DNA of 64,000 bases, from NCBI GenBank assembly GCA_963736655.1, contig CAVTPM010000005.1, forward strand, positions 517,295 to 581,294, given 5' to 3'. Under the pieces are notes generated by a model. The model was not told the DNA's origin and did no database searches. It saw nothing but the letters and a program-made list of their open reading frames with translations. Of this stretch, positions 56,274-64,000 are shown piece by piece. Positions within the stretch are counted from its first letter, which is position 1. Every line of letters begins with the position of its first letter. Made by a program: the position numbers and the translations under genes. This stretch comes from an uncultured Actinomycetota bacterium (GTDB lineage: Bacteria; Actinomycetota; Actinomycetes; DATJPE01).

Positions 56274-56334
56274 CCCGCGCGTCGAGCGGCGCATGTTGGC
56301 CGAGCACGTGCTCCTTGTGCCACTCCGCGTTCAT
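56173..56334 (-). CDS. Unlisted small His/Cys-rich protein (53 aa), conserved-hypothetical type
   Basis: MNAEWHKEHVLGQHAPLDARVSWHQEHAQACHCRPVPASIQAEIDRREARDRS*. Third positions are mostly G/C. The pattern EWH..H...WH.EH...C.CRP.P recalls a widespread small-protein family (from memory, unverified). It is below the ORF-track length cutoff. Confidence 0.5.
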   Translation of the reverse strand: MNAEWHKEHVLGQHAPLDARVSWHQEHAQACHCRPVPASIQAEIDRREARDRS

Positions 56335-56392
56335 GTCGACACTGTGGCACCTGCGTCCTCGACGTCTCCGGCACGGCTCGCCCTCACGCCCT

Positions 56393-57579
56393 TCAGTGCA
56401 CCTGACGGCCGGGGCGGAGGCTGGGCACGAGGAGCAGCTGGGCGGCCGCCAGGACCGTCAGGAGCACGACCATCGCGGTGAAACCGCCGGTGACGTCACG
56501 CAGGATGCCTGCGACGAGCGGCCCGAACGCGGAGACCACGTAGGACACCAGGAACGCCAGCGCTGACAACCGGGCGGAGGCGGCGGGGTCGGGGGCGTAG
56601 TCCACCAGCAGGACCAGCCCCAGCGTGAAGCCGGCCCCCAGCCCGAAGCCGAGCAGGCCCACGATCGCCCAGGGTGCGGAGTCCGGTGCCACCAGCAGCC
56701 AGACCAGCCCGAGCACGGTGGCGCCGACGACCGCGGCGAAGACCGAGCGCCGGTCGGTGCGCAGGTCGGCGATCGCCGGAACGGTGAGGGCAGCCACCAG
56801 CTGGACGAGGGCGAGCCCCGCAAGCAGCAGCCCTGCCTCGGTCGCGGACACGCCTCGATCCTCGTAGAGCACGGACAGCCAGGCCAGCAGGCTGTAGAAG
56901 ACGAAGGAGTTGAGGCTGAGGTACGTCGCCACGAGCCACGCGGTGCGGTCGCGCCACGGCAGACGTACGTGCAGCGCCTGCGCCTTGTGCGGTGGCACGC
57001 CGCGCTGCACGACCAGCCAGACCGCCAGCCCGGCCACCGCGAGCAGGGACCACGACGCCAGGGACTCCTGCCATGAGCCGAGCGCGTCCGCGATCGGTAC
57101 GGCCAGGGCGGCGGCGATCGAGGCCCCGGTCATCATCGAGGCCATGTAGATGCCGGTCATGGTCCCGGCGTGACCGGAGAAGAACTCCTTGACGACCCCC
57201 GGGAGCACCGTGCCCGCGATGGCGATCCCCGCGCCTGCGGCGACCACGCTCAGGTAGAGCAGGGGGATGTTCTCCCCGCCGAGCCGCGCGAGCAGGCCGA
57301 CGGCGATGCACCCGAGGGCGACCGTGATGGCACGCTCGCGGCCGATCCGAGCGGCGAGCCGCTGGGCGGGGGAGCGAAGAACCCCATGCACAGCAGCGGG
57401 AGGGTCGTCAGTGCTCCGGCCGCGGCCCCGCTGAGCCCGAGGTCGTCCTGGATCTGGGCGATGAGGGGCGGTACGGACGTGATCGGGGTCCGGAGGTTGA
57501 GGGCCACCGCGATGACCCCCGCGACGAGCAGTCCGGTCGACGGTCCTCGGCGCGCGGAGGCCTCCGCCGGTGCACTCAC
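56393..57579 (-). CDS. MFS transporter (CynX/NimT-like); frame disrupted
   Basis: The N-terminal frame (57250..57579) is VSAPAEASARRGPSTGLLVAGVIAVALNLRTPITSVPPLI...LPLLCMGFFAP. It joins the C-terminal ~330 aa of track ORF 56393..58456 (AQRLAARIGRERAITVALGCIAVG...) with about 12 TM helices overall. A deletion-type shift lies at 57363-57375. Confidence 0.8.
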
Positions 57580-57637
57580 CCCCAGAGGCTAGGGCGTCCC
57601 CGGTGCGCATGGGGCCCCTGTGCTCTGCCGGCGTCGC

Positions 57638-57643
57638 TAGCCT
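57638..57643 (+). promoter_or_regulatory. -10-like hexamer TAGCCT, 6 nt upstream of GTG 57650 (leaderless candidate)
   Basis: Sequence is cgcTAGCCTggagcgGTG in the divergent MFS/sseB gap. Confidence 0.3.
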
Positions 57644-57649
57644 GGAGCG

Positions 57650-58375
57650 GTGGTGGCAGCGGAGGGGGCGTTCGCCGGGCGCTCGGTGCCCGACCCCGGT
57701 TTCGCCGGTGACGACGGCACCGCACCGCCGGAGCTCGCCGAGGCCCTGGCCGCGGGCGACCCTGCGCAGGTCGTGACCGCGTTGCTCGCGGCTCGGGTGC
57801 TGGTGCCCGTGGTCGCGGTGCTCGGTGAGGTGGAGATCGGATCCGACGGGCTGGCCCGCGAGAAGACCTCCGACATGGCCGTCGTCACGGTGAGGGCGCC
57901 CAGCGGCCGGGTCGCGTTGCCGGTCTTCTCCTCGACCGACGCGATGGCGGCCTGGAACCCGGACGCTCGACCGGTGCCGGTGGCCGGAGTCCTTGCGGCG
58001 CGAGCGGCGTACGACGAGGGCGCCGACACCCTGCTGGTGGATCCGGCTGGTCCTGCTCGGGTCGCCCTTGGCGGACCGCTGCTGCGCGCCCTCGCCGCCG
58101 GGCGGGCCCCCGTCGCGCCGATCGACGATCCCGACCTCCGGGCAGCCGTCGACACGGCCGCGCGTGCTGCGGGTCTGAGGCCGGAGCAGGTGGTCCTCGA
58201 GGCGGGACAGGAGGTCGAGGTCGTCGCCCACCTGATCGTCGACGCCGGCGTCTCCGACGAGGCTGTGGCGGGCGCCGCCCGTGCTCTGGGGGCGGCGCTG
58301 GCGGCCGACCCGGTGGTCAGCGACCGGCTCCAGCGTGGCCTCGACCTGTCGGTCGAACGCGCCACCGAGGACTGA
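57650..58375 (+). CDS. SseB-family protein
   Basis: 241 aa: [16 protein letters not shown]...[16 protein letters not shown]...[35 protein letters not shown]. Confidence 0.7.
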   Translation: MVAAEGAFAGRSVPDPGFAGDDGTAPPELAEALAAGDPAQVVTALLAARVLVPVVAVLGEVEIGSDGLAREKTSDMAVVTVRAPSGRVALPVFSSTDAMAAWNPDARPVPVAGVLAARAAYDEGADTLLVDPAGPARVALGGPLLRALAAGRAPVAPIDDPDLRAAVDTAARAAGLRPEQVVLEAGQEVEVVAHLIVDAGVSDEAVAGAARALGAALAADPVVSDRLQRGLDLSVERATED

Positions 58376-58473
58376 TCCGACACGCCGAGCCGTCGTTCGC
58401 GGTTCGTCGGTGCGCACCAGCAGACGCGATGATGGGTGCCGGATCCTGCACGTCACCCTCGGAGGACAACGTC

Positions 58474-59256
58474 ATGAAGCTCGGATCGCGGCTCGGTGCT
58501 GAGTTCATCGGCACCTTCCTGCTCGTCTTCGGTGGTACCGGTGCCGCCGTGCTCGCCGCCGAGTTCATCGACCCCGTCAGCTCGGAGGCGACAGGGCTCG
58601 GCATCGGCTTCCTCGGGGTCGCCCTCGCCTTCGGCCTGACCGTCGTGGCCGGGGCCTATGCGCTGGGTCCGATCTCGGGAGGTCACTTCAACCCGGCGAT
58701 CTCGATCGGCCTGGCGTCGGCCAAGCGGTTCCCCTGGAAGGACGTCGCCCCCTACGTGGTGGTTCAGGTGCTCGCCGCGATCACCGCCTCCGCCACGCTG
58801 TGGGTGATTGCCCTGAACAAGAAGGGCCAGACGGCGGACGCCCTCGCGGCTGGCGGGTTCGCTGCCAACGGCTTCGGCGACCACTCGCCGGGCGGCTACG
58901 CCCTGGTCGCCGGGTTGCTGATCGAGGTCATCCTGACGGCGGTCTTCCTGCTGGTGATCATGGGCGTCACCGACAAGCTGGCGGCGCCGGGTTTCGCCGC
59001 GCTGTCGATCGGGCTCACGCTCACCCTGATCCACCTGATCAGCATCCCGGTGACCAACACGTCCGTGAACCCGGCGCGCTCCACGGGTCCGGCCCTCGCG
59101 CTCGCGGTCAACGGTGAAGGCTGGGCGCTGGGCCAGCTCTGGTTGTTCTGGCTCGCCCCGATCGTCGGCGGGATCATCGGCGCGCTCGTCTACAACGTGG
59201 TCGGGACCGGTCAGACCACCGACGAGGTGTCGGTCGAAGACGCGATGGGGGCCTGA
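58474..59256 (+). CDS. aqpZ: Aquaporin Z / MIP-family water channel
   Basis: 260 aa from ATG 58474 with SD GGAGGA. Both NPA boxes are present ([19 protein letters not shown]). Six TM helices. Confidence 0.9.
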   Translation: MKLGSRLGAEFIGTFLLVFGGTGAAVLAAEFIDPVSSEATGLGIGFLGVALAFGLTVVAGAYALGPISGGHFNPAISIGLASAKRFPWKDVAPYVVVQVLAAITASATLWVIALNKKGQTADALAAGGFAANGFGDHSPGGYALVAGLLIEVILTAVFLLVIMGVTDKLAAPGFAALSIGLTLTLIHLISIPVTNTSVNPARSTGPALALAVNGEGWALGQLWLFWLAPIVGGIIGALVYNVVGTGQTTDEVSVEDAMGA

Positions 59257-59477
59257 CTCCTCGGCGGTTTGGCCGCCGACCGTCCCCTGCCGTACGCTGA
59301 TCGACGACCGGCTCGGTCCCGTTCGCGGGTTCGGGTCAGCAAGCGGAGGTCCACCTCCCACCTGCCAGCCGATGCACCACCAGGTTGTCGGGTCCGGTCG
59401 GTCCGCCCCTTCGGGGGCGTACCTGCAAAGACGTACGGCTGCGCTTCCCGCGCGGTCCGGTCTCTGCCCGGGCGTGT

Positions 59478-59510
59478 GGGCCCTCGCTGCACCAGGAGCG
59501 AGGGCCTTTT
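59478..59510 (+). terminator. Intrinsic-terminator-like hairpin inside the infC leader (candidate attenuator)
   Basis: ggccctcgct (59479-88) pairs with agcgagggcc (59497-506), with an 8-nt loop, followed by TTTTCCTT. It lies 47 nt upstream of the infC start. Confidence 0.55.
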
Positions 59511-59556
59511 CCTTGCTGCTGGCGGTCGGACCGAACGCCACGACCGAGGAGGCCCC

Positions 59557-60183
59557 ATCACCGTCGAACCCCGTATCAACGACCGGATCCGTGTCCCCGA
59601 GGTGCGGTTGGTCGGTCCGAACGGCGAGCAGGTCGGCATCGTCCGCATCGACGACGCCCTCCGGCTGGCTCAGGAGAGCGACCTCGACCTGGTCGAGGTC
59701 GCGCCGATGGAGCGGCCGCCGGTCTGCAAGCTCATGGACTACGGCAAGTTCAAGTACGAGAACGCGCAGAAGGCTCGTGAGTCGCGCAAGAACCAGGTCA
59801 ACACGGTCATCAAGGAGATGAAGCTCCGGCCGAAGATCGACCCGCACGACTACGAGACCAAGAAGGGCCACGTCGTCCGGTTCCTCAAGGCCGGCGACAA
59901 GGTCAAGATCACGATCATGTTCCGCGGACGTGAGCAGAGCCGCCCCGAGCTGGGGTTCCGGTTGCTGCAGCGCCTCGCGGAGGACGTCCAGGAGCTCGGC
60001 TTCGTCGAGTTCGCACCGAAGCAGGACGGCCGCAACATGATCATGGTGCTGGGCCCGTACAAGAAGAAGGCCGAGGCGATGGCCGAGGCCAAGGCGGAGA
60101 AGGCCGCGCGTCGCGCGACCGAGCCCGGGACCGAGAACGGCACCGAGACACAGCACCATCCCCGAGACATCAGACGCACATGA
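59557..60183 (+). CDS. infC: Translation initiation factor IF-3 (non-canonical ATC start)
   Basis: GAGGAGG lies 6 nt upstream of ATC 59557. (M)[37 protein letters not shown]...[25 protein letters not shown] aligns from the first residue with mycobacterial IF-3. There is no in-frame ATG/GTG at the expected position. Confidence 0.9.
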   Translation: MTVEPRINDRIRVPEVRLVGPNGEQVGIVRIDDALRLAQESDLDLVEVAPMERPPVCKLMDYGKFKYENAQKARESRKNQVNTVIKEMKLRPKIDPHDYETKKGHVVRFLKAGDKVKITIMFRGREQSRPELGFRLLQRLAEDVQELGFVEFAPKQDGRNMIMVLGPYKKKAEAMAEAKAEKAARRATEPGTENGTETQHHPRDIRRT

Positions 60184-60238
60184 CGAGGCCACCGACGGCA
60201 CTGCCGTCGAGGCCTGACCGGAAGGACGACCAGGCGCC

Positions 60239-60434
60239 ATGCCGAAGAACAAGACCCACAGCGGGGCCAAGAAGCGCTTCCGCGTGACCGGGACCGGCAA
60301 GCTCATGCGTGAGCAGGCCAACGGCCGCCACCTCCTCGAGCACAAGTCCAGCCGCCGTACGCGTCGGCTGGCTGCCGACGTCGCCGGTTGCAGCCTCGGA
60401 CACCAAGAAGATCAAGCGCCTTCTCGGCATCTGA
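60239..60434 (+). CDS. rpmI: 50S ribosomal protein L35; frame disrupted near the 3' end
   Basis: [48 protein letters not shown], then after a shift near 60380-60388 [15 protein letters not shown]. Length is 3n+1. Confidence 0.92.
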
Positions 60435-60467
60435 CCCCTCGTCCCACACTTCCCAGGAGCAACTGTC

Positions 60468-60849
60468 ATGGCACGCGTCAAGCGGGCGGTCAACGCCCAC
60501 AAGAAGCGCCGGGTCGTCCTCGAGCGGGCGAGCGGCTACCGCGGTCAGCGCTCACGGCTGTACCGCAAGGCCAAGGAGCAGGTCACTCACTCCATGGTCT
60601 ACTCGCTACGGCGACCGCAAGAAGAAGAAGGGTGACTTCCGTCAGCTCTGGATCCAGCGCATCAACGCTGCCTCCCGCGCCAACGGGCTCACCTACAACC
60701 GGTTCATCCAGGGCCTGAAGGCCGCCGACGTCGAGGTCGACCGCCGCATGCTCGCCGAGCTCGCGGTCAACGACCCCGCCGCGTTCACGACGCTCGTCGA
60801 GGTGGCGAAGGCGGCGCTGCCGGCCGACGTCAACGCACCGGCCGCCTGA
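60468..60849 (+). CDS. rplT: 50S ribosomal protein L20; frame disrupted
   Basis: [46 protein letters not shown], then after a shift near 60605 [37 protein letters not shown].... Length is 3n+1. Confidence 0.93.
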
Positions 60850-60881
60850 GGCACGCCGTCACGGCGTCCAGCCCCGCGCGC

Positions 60882-61721
60882 ATGACCGACGGGCCGCTGT
60901 CACCGCGCAACAAGCGCGTGACGGCGGCCCGTCGGCTGCTCAAGCGGGCGTTCCGCAGCGAGGCCCGGGCGTTCCTCGTCGAAGGCCCGCAGGCAGTGCG
61001 TGAGGCGTTGGCTCTCGCGGCGGAGCGGCCCGGGCTCGTGAGGCAGCTGTTCGTCACCGGTGACGCCCAGGGTCGGCATCCGGAGCTGCTCGCCCTGGCG
61101 CGTGGGCTGGCCGTGGACGTCGACCTCGTCGGTGCCGAGGTGCTGGCGGAGCTCGCCCAGACGGTCACGCCGCAAGGAGTCGTCGCCGTGTGCGCCTTCG
61201 TCGACGTCACGCTGGGGGAGGTGCTGACGGCTGACGCCTCGGACGTGGTCTGTCCTCCGCGGCTGGTCGCAGTGCTGGCCCAGGTCCGGGACCCGGGCAA
61301 CGCCGGAACCGTCGTACGCGCTGCTGACGCTGCGGGGGCTGACGCCGTGGTGCTCACGGAGGCGTCCGTCGACCCCTACAACGGCAAGTGCGTGCGGGCG
61401 AGCGCCGGGTCGCTGTTCCACCTGCCCGTCGTCGTCGGGGCGCCTGTCGTTGAGACGCTCGACGCGCTGCGGTCCGCGGGGTTGCGGGTGGTGGCCGCCG
61501 ACGGGGCGGGTGACCGCGACCTCGACGAGGAGGCCGATGCCGGCGCCCTCGGCGTGCCCACGGCCTGGGTCTTCGGCAACGAGGCCTGGGGACTGCCGGA
61601 GGAGCTCCGCTCGCTCTGCGACGCCGTGGTGCGCGTGCCCATCCACGGCAAGGCGGAGTCGCTCAACCTCGCCACGGCCGCCGCCGTCTGCCTCTACGCC
61701 AGCGCCCGCGCCCACCGCTGA
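60882..61721 (+). CDS. TrmH/SpoU-family RNA 2'-O-methyltransferase (TsnR-like position between rplT and pheS)
   Basis: 279 aa, intact: VRDPGNAGTVVRAADAAGADAVVL...FGNEAWGLPEEL...VRVPIHGKAESLNLATAAAVCLY. Confidence 0.85.
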   Translation: MTDGPLSPRNKRVTAARRLLKRAFRSEARAFLVEGPQAVREALALAAERPGLVRQLFVTGDAQGRHPELLALARGLAVDVDLVGAEVLAELAQTVTPQGVVAVCAFVDVTLGEVLTADASDVVCPPRLVAVLAQVRDPGNAGTVVRAADAAGADAVVLTEASVDPYNGKCVRASAGSLFHLPVVVGAPVVETLDALRSAGLRVVAADGAGDRDLDEEADAGALGVPTAWVFGNEAWGLPEELRSLCDAVVRVPIHGKAESLNLATAAAVCLYASARAHR

Positions 61722-61724
61722 CCC

Positions 61725-61876
61725 GACGCAAGGTCACCTTCTACCCGCTTCACGTGTGGTTTCTCCACCTTCACTCACGGGCGCGTCTCCACCGTCTGCA
61801 GGGCCATCCTCCGACGGTGAAGGTGACGGAATCTCGATAGAGCGCGAGACAAGGTGACCTTGCGTCTGGAATCGGG
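61725..61876. repeat. Inverted pair of the ~55-nt dispersed repeat (MITE-like / long imperfect hairpin) in the trmH-pheS intergenic region
   Basis: The left copy 61725-61776 is in reverse orientation and the right copy 61816-61876 is forward. The 16-nt termini are perfectly inverted: gacgcaaggtcacctt (61725-40) and aaggtgaccttgcgtc (61851-66). Inner arms are partly complementary (tctccaccttcac / gtgaaggtgacgga). Confidence 0.75.
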
Positions 61877-61900
61877 TCGGGGAGAGGCGGGGGGCTTCAC

Positions 61901-61906
61901 TAGACT
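61901..61906 (+). promoter_or_regulatory. -10-like hexamer TAGACT, 8 nt upstream of the pheS GTG (leaderless candidate)
   Basis: Sequence is cacTAGACTgcgtcgtcGTG, with no SD. Confidence 0.35.
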
Positions 61907-61914
61907 GCGTCGTC

Positions 61915-64000
<2,086 letters not shown>

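Noticed and set aside
56393-58456. 687-aa minus-strand ORF that looks like one large protein.
   Set aside because: Only the C-terminal ~330 aa (56393 to about 57370) are MFS transporter. The upstream part is the antisense frame of the SseB-like gene and the intergenic region. The true MFS N-terminus is in another frame (57250..57579).
61722-61914. T-box leader upstream of pheS. The sequence aaggtgaccttgcg vaguely resembles the T-box core AGGGUGGUACCGCG.
   Set aside because: Only about 8 of 14 positions match. I found no specifier loop, AG bulge or terminator/antiterminator pair. The same sequence recurs in the opposite orientation and at gmk, so it behaves as a repeat, not a T-box.

Overview
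This is 64 kb of a very high-G+C actinobacterial chromosome. G+C was not computed, but third codon positions are almost all G/C. The window is core housekeeping territory, not an accessory island.

**Gene order**
- hisF, hisI, trpE, a block of membrane genes and a two-component system, trpC-trpB-trpA, a thiol-redox trio, lgt
- gltBD, pyk, bldD
- pyrR-pyrB-pyrC-carA-carB-pyrK-pyrD-pyrF, then an ECF sigma pair
- mihF-gmk-rpoZ-coaBC-metK-priA-def-fmt-rsmB, a hydrolase, rpe
- FMN riboswitch-ribD-ribE-ribBA-ribH, hisE-hisG
- MFS transporter, SseB-like gene, aqpZ
- infC-rpmI-rplT, a TrmH-family gene, pheS-pheT

This order resembles the M. tuberculosis Rv1603-1617, Rv1379-1416 and Rv1641-1650 blocks and the Streptomyces SCO1475-1489 block (from memory, not searched). 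I saw no rRNA, tRNA, CRISPR, transposase, integrase, phage, toxin-antitoxin, defence or biosynthetic-cluster genes. I cannot honestly point to a clear novel system.

**Observations worth a second look**
1. About 50 inferred single-base frame disruptions hit essential genes. They are almost certainly consensus errors.
2. A duplicated module of a Pro-rich-tailed small membrane protein (DUF4190 or CD225) plus a DUF2752 protein sits inside the trp cluster.
3. A bldD orthologue has intact c-di-GMP motifs and two BldD-box-like sites in its own upstream region.
4. A ~55-nt dispersed repeat has three copies. Two of them form a ~150-bp inverted-repeat element upstream of pheS.
5. A 69-nt near-perfect palindrome lies in the 3' tail of ribE.
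6. The infC leader is structured, carries a terminator-like hairpin, and the gene uses an ATC start.
7. A PyrR-binding hairpin lies upstream of pyrR, and an FMN riboswitch lies upstream of ribD.
8. TAGNNT -10-like hexamers recur, many placed for leaderless translation.
9. Two small ORFs fall below the ORF-track cutoff.
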